A stretch of DNA of 64,000 nt, from positions 386,579 through 450,578 of the forward strand of contig JAXHNJ010000001.1 of the NCBI GenBank assembly GCA_034520665.1, written 5' to 3'. Below, one piece after another: positions 1-9,208 of this stretch (position 1 is its first letter; every line of letters starts with the position of its first letter). Source of the stretch: Patescibacteria group bacterium (GTDB lineage Bacteria; Patescibacteriota; Patescibacteriia; JAXHNJ01). Position numbers and translations under genes: made by a program. Below the pieces are notes generated by a model. That model worked only from the letters and a program-made list of their open reading frames with translations, was not told the DNA's origin and searched no databases.

Positions 1-30
1 AATTGAATAAGGTAATTTCATGTACAAATA

Positions 31-2607
31 ATGGCAAAAATTAAGAAAAAAAAACTAGAAGATAACATTTCAGTATTTTCGAATACTCTGCCATATTGGG
101 CAAAATATTTAGCAAAAAACATCTCAAATGCCTATATAATCAACGATGATATTTTGGATGCTGCTTATAATTATTTTCTTGAAGATGAAGGTCTTAAAGA
201 AAAAAGTACTAGACCAAATATAGTTGTAGACCCTATAAGTGCCCATGAATCTGGTTATAAAAAGAATCTTGTGTTGAAAAAAATAAAAAATGTTGAAGGA
301 GTAAATATATTAGCAGAGGAACAATTAATTAAGTGCGGACCAAATATAACGATCATATATGGTAAAACAGGTTCTGGTAAAACAGGGTATGGTAGATTAT
401 TAAAAAAAACATTTTTTTCTAGAAGCGAAGAAGATATCATTCCTAATATTAATGTGGTAGGCAAACATAAGAATATTACTGCCAAATTTGCTTTTGAATC
501 AGAAGACGATATATATGAATTGAAATATCCTGATGATGCTGATAAGCCAGAATTTCGTCAATTTGCTGTTTTCGATAATAATAGCGTCAAAATTCATCTC
601 GATGAGAGAAATAAATTTGAATTTAGGCCAAAGAGTCTAGAATTTTTTGGCAAATTGAATGATGCTATCGAAAAGATAAAAACAAAATTGGATTTTGATA
701 TAGTTGAAAAACAACGATCTAAAGACTATCTGGGTTTATTTGATGGTGAATCCGATATTAATAATTTAATAACTAATATTTCAGACAAAACTAAGATTAA
801 AGATTTAGATAAACATTTACCGTTTACAGAAATTGACAAAGAAGCAATAAAAACACTAGAAGAGGAGAAGATTAAGTTACTAACTCTCAAAAAAGTTAAG
901 GAAATAGATGAATTGGACAGAATTAAAGGTCTTATTGCTAATTTAAAGTTATTAATAAACGATGTAAACAAACTCTTGAATGAGTCAAAAATTCTCGAAG
1001 TAAAGGAAGCTATTAAAAACTATGCTAAAAAGCATAACCTTACTAAGAAAGAAGGATTGGATAATTTTAAATCTGACTCAATAAAGAATATTGGTAGTAA
1101 AGAATGGAAAAATTTTATTCAAGCTGCTGATAAGTTTGCTAAAATTCAGTATTCTAAATATCCCAAAGAAGATGATAAGTGTATTCTTTGTCAACAAACT
1201 CTGTCTGAGGAAGCAATAGATTTAATTAATAGGTACAGAATTTTTATCAAGAGTCAAGCTGAAGTAGAAGAACAAGATGCACTTAAGCAAATTGATAAGC
1301 TGAAAGAAATATATAAAGAATTAAATTTAGATTTATTTAATTCAAACGATATTTTAACTATATGGTTATCTGAAAATAAACCAACTATCCTAACCGAATT
1401 GAAAAAAACAATTAATTCTCAAAAAAAATTAGTCAAAAGTATAACTGCCGATTTAAAAACAAAATCTTATTCTGCTAAAAAAGAACTGAAAATAGATGTT
1501 ACAGATTTAGATATAATTGTAACTGAATTAAAAAGTAGGATAAAGAAACTTGAAAATAAAGAACCAAAAAAAGAAATAAAAGAAATAAATAAGAAAATTG
1601 ATTATTTGAAACACAAAGAAAAATTATCACAACACGAACCAAGTATAAAAAAATATATCAATAAACTAAAGTGGGCAAAAGCTGCTGAGAGAAAAAAAAG
1701 TAAATTGTCATCAATAAAATCTAAAAGTACAAAGGAGGAGAAAAGATTATCTGTAATATATTTTAGTGGTGCTTATATCAAATCCTTTAAAAAAGAATGC
1801 AAAAGATTGAGAGGTAATTTTGGGGTTGAAATTAAGTATACCGGTTCATCTGGAACTTCATTTCGTGAATTAAAAATCAAAAAATATTGTCCTTCTGGTA
1901 TTTTAAGTGAAGGAGAACAGAAGGTAATATCATTAGCGGATTTTATTTCAGAGATTAGATTATCCGGTGTAAATAAAGGCATTATTTTTGATGATCCAGT
2001 TACATCTTTAGACGACGAGAGAAAAGAAAATATTGCTAAAAGACTGGCCGCTGAATCTAAAGAAAGACAGGTTATTATTTTTACTCACGATTTAGTTTTT
2101 CTACATGCACTTATTAGTGGTTGTGCTGATGAAGCAGTAAAACGATCATGTCATTGGATTGAGCAATTAGATGGTGAGGCAGGAAAAATTTCAATAGATT
2201 GTTCACCGGCACTAGAAAAAAAATATAAAAAACCCACAAAAGCACAAATTTATTATAAGAAAGCTAAAAATTCCAATCCACAAGATAGAGAAGTTGATAT
2301 AAAAAACGGCTTTACTTCATTGAGAACTTCGTATGAAGCTCTTGTTATTTTTGAACTGTTTGGAGGAGTTGTAGAAAGATTTAGTGATAGAATAAAAATG
2401 GGTAATTTAGAAAAGGTTATATTTAATGTTAAAATAAGAGATAAAATACTTGATAGTTTTGCTAAATGCTGCCGATTTATGGAAGGCCACTTACATAGTG
2501 ATAAATATTCATATAAAAAGCCAACTTTAGAAGATTTGAATAATGAGATAAATAGATTTATTGAAACTAAGAAAGAACTAAAAGATTTAATAAAATCACA
2601 AAAATAA
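31..2607 (+). CDS. ABC/Rad50-type ATPase with long coiled-coil insert and CxxC zinc hook; RloC-like (anticodon-nuclease-like) or SMC-like defence ATPase
   Basis: In-frame TAA at 28-30 makes the N-terminus complete. Walker A is GKTGSGKTG near aa 110. A long K/E-rich coiled-coil region contains CILCQQ, a CxxC hook. ABC signature LSEGEQK, Walker B IIFDDPVTSLDDE and H-loop IIFTHD lie at aa ~630-700. A ~150-aa C-terminal domain carries R-x3-E (LRTSYE) and a later GHLH motif. Confidence 0.55.
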   Translation: MAKIKKKKLEDNISVFSNTLPYWAKYLAKNISNAYIINDDILDAAYNYFLEDEGLKEKSTRPNIVVDPISAHESGYKKNLVLKKIKNVEGVNILAEEQLIKCGPNITIIYGKTGSGKTGYGRLLKKTFFSRSEEDIIPNINVVGKHKNITAKFAFESEDDIYELKYPDDADKPEFRQFAVFDNNSVKIHLDERNKFEFRPKSLEFFGKLNDAIEKIKTKLDFDIVEKQRSKDYLGLFDGESDINNLITNISDKTKIKDLDKHLPFTEIDKEAIKTLEEEKIKLLTLKKVKEIDELDRIKGLIANLKLLINDVNKLLNESKILEVKEAIKNYAKKHNLTKKEGLDNFKSDSIKNIGSKEWKNFIQAADKFAKIQYSKYPKEDDKCILCQQTLSEEAIDLINRYRIFIKSQAEVEEQDALKQIDKLKEIYKELNLDLFNSNDILTIWLSENKPTILTELKKTINSQKKLVKSITADLKTKSYSAKKELKIDVTDLDIIVTELKSRIKKLENKEPKKEIKEINKKIDYLKHKEKLSQHEPSIKKYINKLKWAKAAERKKSKLSSIKSKSTKEEKRLSVIYFSGAYIKSFKKECKRLRGNFGVEIKYTGSSGTSFRELKIKKYCPSGILSEGEQKVISLADFISEIRLSGVNKGIIFDDPVTSLDDERKENIAKRLAAESKERQVIIFTHDLVFLHALISGCADEAVKRSCHWIEQLDGEAGKISIDCSPALEKKYKKPTKAQIYYKKAKNSNPQDREVDIKNGFTSLRTSYEALVIFELFGGVVERFSDRIKMGNLEKVIFNVKIRDKILDSFAKCCRFMEGHLHSDKYSYKKPTLEDLNNEINRFIETKKELKDLIKSQK

Positions 2608-2611
2608 TACA

Positions 2612-3235
2612 ATGGACATATTATTGAGAAAGATAGATAATAAAATAGATAAGTTATGTGTCAGATTTCAAGAGAATAAGGGTTATATCTTGACCGAAAG
2701 CGATTTAAAGTGTGCGATATATTCAGAATTAGTAAAAATTTCTATACTAAACAAATTTACACAAACGGAAGACAGGGACATTTTTTCAAATCCTGTCCAT
2801 ACAGAATTATCCTGGTATGATGAAAACGATAAATTAAATATTATTCCAGATATAACTATATTAGAACCAAAAAACCTAAGTATTTTGCATTATAAGGGAA
2901 GGCCTGGGGTAAAATTGCCAAGTAAACAATGTTCGTTTTGGGGAAATGCAATCGTATTTGAATTAAAGTTCATTCGTAACAAAAAAGGTATTACACCTAA
3001 AACAATTCACGAATTACAAAAGGATTACCTAAAAGTTATTAGACTAATAGAAATATTCAGTCGACATGGAAGTTCTAATGAATTATTTGTATTTCTTATA
3101 GTATTTAACAAAACAAATATCGTATGTAATGAATTCAAAGATTTTATGAAAGATGTTGATAAAAATCGAAGAGTAAGGTTGCTGTACAAAACAGGAAATG
3201 CAAAATTTCCTTCTTTTAACCAGCATCCAAACTAA
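2612..3235 (+). CDS. hypothetical protein with PD-(D/E)xK-like motifs (putative restriction-endonuclease-fold nuclease), in the same operon as the upstream ATPase
   Basis: Starts 5 nt after the ATPase stop. Motifs TELSWYD, IIPDITILE and AIVFELKF are consistent with an E...PD...ExK arrangement. Confidence 0.4.
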   Translation: MDILLRKIDNKIDKLCVRFQENKGYILTESDLKCAIYSELVKISILNKFTQTEDRDIFSNPVHTELSWYDENDKLNIIPDITILEPKNLSILHYKGRPGVKLPSKQCSFWGNAIVFELKFIRNKKGITPKTIHELQKDYLKVIRLIEIFSRHGSSNELFVFLIVFNKTNIVCNEFKDFMKDVDKNRRVRLLYKTGNAKFPSFNQHPN

Positions 3236-3321
3236 TTCGCGTAAATTCTTATAACTATTGTAAAATAAACATTTTAAACTAACAGGTTTTTTGGGCCTAT
3301 TTTTATTTAGATTAGGTATAT

Positions 3322-4287
3322 TTACTTATTCTTCAAAGGATGAAACTTCTTCATTGTTTTCTCGGCGTAGCGGTCAGACGCATGAACATACCTTGTGGTG
3401 GTGTCTAATGACTCATGGCCGAGTAATATTTGTATAGCGGCCGGATTAGCCCCTTGCTCGGCTAAATAAGTAGCAAAGCCATGGCGCAAAGAATGAGCCG
3501 AAGTCGGTACATTAATTTTTAGTCTTTCGCGGTAATGTTTTATTTTATCTTGAAGATAGTTAATAGAAATTCTTTTTTCGTGTTTTGAGGCCCTTTGACC
3601 GCGGTAAGGAATAAAAAGAGCCGGTGAATCATCGGTGCGGATATCTAAGTATTTATTTAAATGATCCTGGGCCCGCGGGGTTAGATAAACAAATCTTTCT
3701 TTTTTGCCTTTACCCATAACAAATATCTTGCCGGTTTTGTCAATTTGATCGCGGTTTAAATTAACCAGTTCCGAGATACGCAGGCCGGTGGAAAACATAA
3801 CCTCCAGCATGGCCCGGTTGCGCCGAGCTACTTTTTTATTTTTTTCAAAATTTGTCGGGGCTTTGATAAGTTTAATAAGGTCTTCCAGCTCAGCTACTCG
3901 GGGATGTTTTTTTTCAGTTTTAGTTAACTTAACCATCTCCGGCGAAATAGGGGAGTGGTATTCATTATCAATAATATATTTTAGATAAGAACGCAAAGAA
4001 GAAAGCATCCGGTTTATTGAGTATGAACCAAGTTTCTTTTGCCCTTGATCATGTTCAGCCGTCTGTCGATCGATTGAAGTGAGGTAGGCTTTATATTGTT
4101 CAATATCTTTTCTTTTCAGATTTTTAAACTTTAAATGATTATCTTTTAAATAATCTTCAAAAACTTTTAAATCTCTCTCGTAATTGTAAATAGTTTTGTC
4201 GGAATAGTTATTTGTCTGCAACATAAGCAGGTAATCATCAAAATACGGCAGAGAAGGGCTGTTTTTGGTTTTATTAGATTTAGTCAT
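3322..4287 (-). CDS. tyrosine recombinase / phage-type integrase (XerC/XerD family)
   Basis: C-terminal catalytic motifs HSLRHGFATYLAEQG and LLGHESLDTTTRYVH are present, with the Tyr nucleophile region and an N-terminal SAM-like domain. Confidence 0.9.
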   Translation of the reverse strand: MTKSNKTKNSPSLPYFDDYLLMLQTNNYSDKTIYNYERDLKVFEDYLKDNHLKFKNLKRKDIEQYKAYLTSIDRQTAEHDQGQKKLGSYSINRMLSSLRSYLKYIIDNEYHSPISPEMVKLTKTEKKHPRVAELEDLIKLIKAPTNFEKNKKVARRNRAMLEVMFSTGLRISELVNLNRDQIDKTGKIFVMGKGKKERFVYLTPRAQDHLNKYLDIRTDDSPALFIPYRGQRASKHEKRISINYLQDKIKHYRERLKINVPTSAHSLRHGFATYLAEQGANPAAIQILLGHESLDTTTRYVHASDRYAEKTMKKFHPLKNK

Positions 4288-4864
4288 ATTTTATTGAGTG
4301 TAAGGGATATTATACCCAGTTATATTATTATTGTAATACAGCCTCTTTTAGCTGTCAAGGGGACTTTTTTATTAATTACACCTATAATAGGTCTATTTAA
4401 TATTTTTATATCAATTCTACTCTTCTGCTCTTAAATAATTTTATTTAATCATTTTATGGCTTTTATAAAAAATTTATGTATTATTATGAATATTATTTAT
4501 AACTCTATCAAATTTTAAAATAATTAGATACTTATATCTATCCGGAGTTATTTTAAGGCCCTTAAATCGCCGCTTATTTATCCGATATTTATACTAATTG
4601 AACCAAACAAGATTTTAATCTCTTTTTAATATACCATTCCCCTCTTGGTTATAAAAAAATTTTAAGTTTAAAGTAATTAACTATTTAAAGAATATAGTGA
4701 CTAACCTATTATTTATTAATATTGATAGTTAGTTTTAGTGTCGCAAAATATATGAGAAATTTTTATAAAACGAATTAAACGTTTAATTATAGTGATAATT
4801 ATTTTTTTAGGCGTTAACAAAAGGTTTATCTCCGCTACGAGTCTCAATTAGTCCTCTAAAATAT

Positions 4865-5671
4865 TTATAATATTTTCTTAATCTCATTTATTTCAGCAGC
4901 GGCTGCCTCTTCACCCCGTTTGATCAGCTTTTTAGTATTTTTCTGAGCAAAGAATTTTTCTAAACCGACTATCCGGTCACCGCCAACTTTCGGCTCAATA
5001 ATAATATCAGCTTGGTCCATAGATAGTTTAGCTAAACTGGAAGCAACAATATTATAGGAGCGCATAGCTAGCTTAATCATAGAAATATTCTTATGAAAAT
5101 TAAGTTTATGGGGAAAATAGCCGTTTTCAATATTAACAGCCAGGATTATATCAGCCCCCATATTTTTAACCTCGTTATCCGGTACTGGATCAACTAAGCC
5201 GCCATCAGCTAAAAGTCTTTTTTGATAATAGATGGGATCAAAAATTAAAGGGGCCGAAAAGCTAGCTCGGATGGCTTTGATTAAATTACCAGCATTTAAA
5301 ATGACCTTCTGACACTTATTTATATCCGTGGTAATCACCGCCAGCGGAATCTTGAGTTCTTTGAAACTATTGACGGTGAGAAAATTATTTATAAATTTTT
5401 CTAATTTTTTACCTTTAATTAAACCGCCTTTTTTGCCAAAATCTAAAATTGATAATCCGGTTTTCCAGTCCGCTTCTAGTATTGTCTTTTCCACTTTTTT
5501 AATATCTAAGCAAGAAGCATAAAAAGCCCCGATTAAAGCACCAATGGAGGAACCAGCTATATAATCGATAGGTATATTATTTTTTTCTAAAACTTTAATA
5601 ACACCAATATGAGCTAGACCGCGAAATCCGCCGGAACCCAAGGCCAAACCAATTTTTTTTCTTTTAATCAT
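4865..5671 (-). CDS. patatin-like phospholipase
   Basis: GxGxxG oxyanion motif GSGGFRGLAHIG, GxSxG serine motif GSSIG, and a downstream DGG catalytic Asp region. Confidence 0.85.
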   Translation of the reverse strand: MIKRKKIGLALGSGGFRGLAHIGVIKVLEKNNIPIDYIAGSSIGALIGAFYASCLDIKKVEKTILEADWKTGLSILDFGKKGGLIKGKKLEKFINNFLTVNSFKELKIPLAVITTDINKCQKVILNAGNLIKAIRASFSAPLIFDPIYYQKRLLADGGLVDPVPDNEVKNMGADIILAVNIENGYFPHKLNFHKNISMIKLAMRSYNIVASSLAKLSMDQADIIIEPKVGGDRIVGLEKFFAQKNTKKLIKRGEEAAAAEINEIKKIL

Positions 5672-5680
5672 AGATTAAAA

Positions 5681-5746
5681 TTACTTATTTTTATTTTCGT
5701 AATTTTGGATAGCTTTTAATAAGGTGTCAGCGTCCAAGTTTGAACA
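5681..5746 (-). pseudogene. diverged duplicate fragment of the iscU 3' end (last ~20 codons)
   Basis: Translation CSNLDADTLLKAIQNYENKNK matches the IscU C-terminus HCSNLAADALKKAIEDYEKKKK. It is about 75% identical at the nucleotide level to 6456-6520. Confidence 0.4.
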
Positions 5747-5821
5747 GAAATATATATTGACTATGAAAATCGCTTTTGATATGATAATATCATCGTTCTT
5801 CATAAAATAAGGAGGAAAAAC

Positions 5822-6283
5822 ATGATCGATATTATTGATTTTCAGCCGAAGTATTTCGAGAATATGGTAACTTGTTACCAATTTGGTTTTCCGGAGGGAC
5901 ATAATCGTTATACTCTCGGTCGTTTAGCGCGATGGCAGAGAGATACAATCATTTTGGCTCGTCATAATAAAACAGTTGTTGGCGTGTTAATCGGTATTAT
6001 CTCGTATCAGGAAGCCTGGTTTACTGCACTGACGGTATTGCCGACTGTACCCTTGTTAGATAAATGTTCTCTTCATCTTGTTAAAGCCATGGCGCTTCGA
6101 TTCATCGAACTAGGCTTTACTGAAGCCTACTTTACTACTGTGCGTCGTAGTGTGCTTCGATTAGCGAAGCGAATCAAAGCTACAAAAATACAAACAGTTC
6201 CTCATTGCTACTATGATGGTAATAAACGACATCTTATCACTGTATCTACAGAAAATCTCCCGTTCATTAATCAGTTACTCTAA
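5822..6283 (+). CDS. hypothetical protein, possibly a degenerate GNAT-like acyltransferase; visibly higher G+C than its surroundings
   Basis: 153-aa ORF; a beta-strand/helix pattern VVGVLIGII...LGFTEAYFTT resembles a GNAT core. The real start may be the internal Met at 5864. Confidence 0.3.
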   Translation: MIDIIDFQPKYFENMVTCYQFGFPEGHNRYTLGRLARWQRDTIILARHNKTVVGVLIGIISYQEAWFTALTVLPTVPLLDKCSLHLVKAMALRFIELGFTEAYFTTVRRSVLRLAKRIKATKIQTVPHCYYDGNKRHLITVSTENLPFINQLL

Positions 6284-6455
6284 ATGTTTAATACAAGCTA
6301 AAGCATACCAAGCTTTAGCTTTTTCTTTAATATCTAAACACACAAAAAATCAAGAATATTTACTGGTATATACTAATATTAGCATTAAAAGAATTGTTTG
6401 AGTTTATGATTTACCTTCTCTTTAAAGTAATGAAATTTTATTATAATTAAATAAT

Positions 6456-6824
6456 TTATTTCTTTTTCTTTTCGTAATCCTCAATCGCTTTTTTCAAGGC
6501 GTCAGCCGCTAGGTTTGAACAATGCATTTTTATTGTTGGCAAGCCACCAAGTTGGTCAGCAATATCTTCGCGGGTAATTTTACTAGCTTGTTCAAGAGTT
6601 TTACCTTTAGCTAATTCAGTAATCATAGAAGAAGTAGCAATCGCGGCCCCGCAGCCAAGAGTTTCAAACTTAATATCTTTAATTTTATTATCTTTAACCT
6701 TAATATAAATTTTCATGATATCCCCGCAGGTGGGATTACCGACCTCTCCGACGCCATCCGGTTTTTTCATTTGACCTAAGTTACGCGGATTTTGAAAATG
6801 GTCAAGAACTTTTTTAGTATACAT
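6456..6824 (-). CDS. iscU: Fe-S cluster assembly scaffold IscU/NifU-like
   Basis: Conserved Cys motifs GNPTCGD, LGCGAAIA and HCSNLAADAL. Confidence 0.9.
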   Translation of the reverse strand: MYTKKVLDHFQNPRNLGQMKKPDGVGEVGNPTCGDIMKIYIKVKDNKIKDIKFETLGCGAAIATSSMITELAKGKTLEQASKITREDIADQLGGLPTIKMHCSNLAADALKKAIEDYEKKKK

Positions 6825-6908
6825 GGATTTGGTTAATTAGTGATTAGTTAATTTTAATTAGGGATTAGTTGGAAAATTTGTCGAGTGTCTAATGTCTGTG
6901 GTCCTTAA

Positions 6909-8186
6909 TTATACTAAATTCTGCCAGAAAAACCAACCAATTAACCATGAGACAGTTACAGCTGATAAAGTAAAAGGTAGTCCGATTTTGAAAAATTGCC
7001 AAAAACTGATATCTTCACCAGCTTTTTTCTTGGCAATACCAACCGAAACAATATTAGCCGACGCTCCTATGGGAGTAATATTACCACCCACTGAAGCTCC
7101 AAGCAAGAGTGAAAAATAAAATAAATAAGGACTAACCCCCAAATGAACCGCTAAACCGGCGGTTACGGGTAGCATTATTAGTATATAGGGAACATTATCA
7201 ATAACAGCGCTGATAATAACTGAAAACCAGAGAATTATAGAGTAGGTTAAAAATACATTGCCAGCGGTTAGGGATTTCATAGTACTAGTTAAGGCCTCAA
7301 TTATACCACCAGACTCCAACGAACCAACTATTATAAAAATACAGAACAAAAATACCGAAGTGTTCCAATCCAATGGTTTCAACAGCCCGGGCAAGGTATG
7401 AATATCCTCTTTTATTAATAACCAGATCAAACCGATTAAAGCGTAAGCTAAAGTAATAATACCGGCTAAATAATGGAATTGTGAGCCATAAATTGAGGCT
7501 AGAGCTAAGGAAATAATTAATAAAATTATTAAAATAGTGGGAGTCCAAGACTTAACATTCACCTTATAAAGTTCCCCCACTCCCCGCGTATGGCGGCGAA
7601 AGATTAGATACAAAACAAATATAGAGATAATGGCCCCGGCCTGAACAGCAAAAAATATCCCGGGAGAACCTTTAAACCAGAAAAAGTCATTAAAAGTCAT
7701 TTTAGAAAAACCGGCCAGAATCATACTCGGTGGATCACCGACTAAAGTGGCTGTTCCTTGCAGATTGGAACAAACCGCAATACCAATTAAAAAGGGGGCT
7801 ACCTTAATTCTTAAGTGTCTGGCTAAAGAAATAGCTAAAGGAGCGATAATTAATACAGTGGCTACATTTTCAACAAAAGCCGAAATAAAACTGGTTAAAG
7901 CACAAATAAGTATAAAGGCCATAGCGGTAGTTTTGGCTTTATTGGCCAGAGTACGGGCTAAAAAAGCGGGTACTCTTGAGTCTATAAATAGATCAGCTAA
8001 AACTAGCATGCCAACAAAGATAGCCATCACATTCCAATTAACAAAACTAAAGGCTTGTCCAGGGCTAATAGTGCCGCTTAATATAAGTAAAGCTGTGGCC
8101 AGGCCAACCACCAGAAGTTTATTTATTTTACCAAAAATAAGAAAAAGATAAGTAAATATAAAAATTGTCAGTATAAAATAGTTCAT
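6909..8186 (-). CDS. ArsB/NhaD-superfamily anion permease (citrate/arsenite-transporter-like), polytopic membrane protein
   Basis: 425 aa with about 12 hydrophobic helices and a two-repeat architecture. Confidence 0.55.
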   Translation of the reverse strand: MNYFILTIFIFTYLFLIFGKINKLLVVGLATALLILSGTISPGQAFSFVNWNVMAIFVGMLVLADLFIDSRVPAFLARTLANKAKTTAMAFILICALTSFISAFVENVATVLIIAPLAISLARHLRIKVAPFLIGIAVCSNLQGTATLVGDPPSMILAGFSKMTFNDFFWFKGSPGIFFAVQAGAIISIFVLYLIFRRHTRGVGELYKVNVKSWTPTILIILLIISLALASIYGSQFHYLAGIITLAYALIGLIWLLIKEDIHTLPGLLKPLDWNTSVFLFCIFIIVGSLESGGIIEALTSTMKSLTAGNVFLTYSIILWFSVIISAVIDNVPYILIMLPVTAGLAVHLGVSPYLFYFSLLLGASVGGNITPIGASANIVSVGIAKKKAGEDISFWQFFKIGLPFTLSAVTVSWLIGWFFWQNLV

Positions 8187-9205
8187 TGGTAATATATTCT
8201 TCTGCCAAATCTAAGATCAATATATTTTAAATTTTCCTCCTGACCTTTTAACTCAGTTTTTAAAACCGTATTAAGTAAATTTATTTGGCTGTTAATATCC
8301 TCGGATACGTCAAAGTAAATAAGATATTCTTTTGTGGTTAGTACATTGATATAGTTGGTCTTTTTTAATTTTTCTTGTTCTAGACAATCTTGACTGTAAA
8401 TTGAATTAGTATTTTTATTTAGATTTAAATTTAGCTTAGAATTATTAGTGTTATTATTAGTCTGGCTATCAGAATTAGTATTGTTATTGGTATTGGTTTC
8501 ATTTTGCGGTATTAGAGGGCAAGTCATAACCGGGGTTTCAAAGCGCTCAATTTCAAGACCAATTGTGTTTAATGACTTTTTAATTTTTTCTAAATGACTG
8601 AGGATATCGTTATTTATAACTTTGTCTCCGGGACTAATATAAAACTCATTAACATCATAAATTAAAGGAAAGGCGGGATTAATTTTTTCTTTTTTGACAT
8701 CCTGGGCTACTACCCCCTCGCGGTTTATATAAAAATAATTATCTTTACGCTGCCAGGTTATTGAGGGAATAATTTCTTTTAAGGTAATTTTAACAGTGCG
8801 AGGAAATTTCTTTTTTAAGGTAAATTGATCCAGGCCAGTTTCTTTTTGAATTTGTTCTTTTAAAAGTCTTTCGGCCTTTTCATCATTAAACATAAAGAAG
8901 TTTTTTTGTGAGAAAACCAAAAAACGGTCCTTAGCCAGCTCTTGTTTTACCATTTGCTCAATAGACCCGGCTTTGGTTTTTTGGGCTCCATGAACCTTAA
9001 TAAATTGGATTTGAAAAACTTCTGAGAAAAATATTAAATAGCCCAAAGCAAAAAAAATAAGAATAAAAAATCCATAATGAACTTTTATTTTTCTTATAAA
9101 AATATCCAAAAAATTTTCTTTGGAAAAAAAAGGATTCTTATATTCTTTTTTTGGTTTATTTAAGGGTTTAACACGACGCCTTTTGCGGAATGGATTTAAG
9201 CGCAT
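8183..9205 (-). CDS. ftsQ: cell division protein FtsQ/DivIB-like (single TM plus POTRA-like domain)
   Basis: Basic N-terminus, one TM helix and a periplasmic domain. It lies immediately downstream of ddl, the classic ddl-ftsQ order, with a 4-nt overlap to the next gene. Confidence 0.6.
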   Translation of the reverse strand: MRLNPFRKRRRVKPLNKPKKEYKNPFFSKENFLDIFIRKIKVHYGFFILIFFALGYLIFFSEVFQIQFIKVHGAQKTKAGSIEQMVKQELAKDRFLVFSQKNFFMFNDEKAERLLKEQIQKETGLDQFTLKKKFPRTVKITLKEIIPSITWQRKDNYFYINREGVVAQDVKKEKINPAFPLIYDVNEFYISPGDKVINNDILSHLEKIKKSLNTIGLEIERFETPVMTCPLIPQNETNTNNNTNSDSQTNNNTNNSKLNLNLNKNTNSIYSQDCLEQEKLKKTNYINVLTTKEYLIYFDVSEDINSQINLLNTVLKTELKGQEENLKYIDLRFGRRIYYQ

Positions 9206-9208
9206 AGC

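Noticed and set aside
255-971. Antisense ORFs (255-485, 726-971, 1773-1982, 2253-2612) inside the large ATPase gene, and similar antisense ORFs elsewhere (e.g. 12349-12813, 54434-54928, 13614-13916)
   Set aside because: They lie fully inside longer ORFs on the opposite strand that have clear conserved motifs, and they have the hydrophobic/low-complexity composition typical of AT-rich antisense frames.
5681-5902. Full 73-aa ORF from the track, considered as a real gene
   Set aside because: Only the last ~20 codons resemble anything, namely the IscU C-terminus. The remainder is AT-rich filler that overlaps the start of the GNAT-like ORF, so it is interpreted as a gene fragment or pseudogene rather than an intact CDS.
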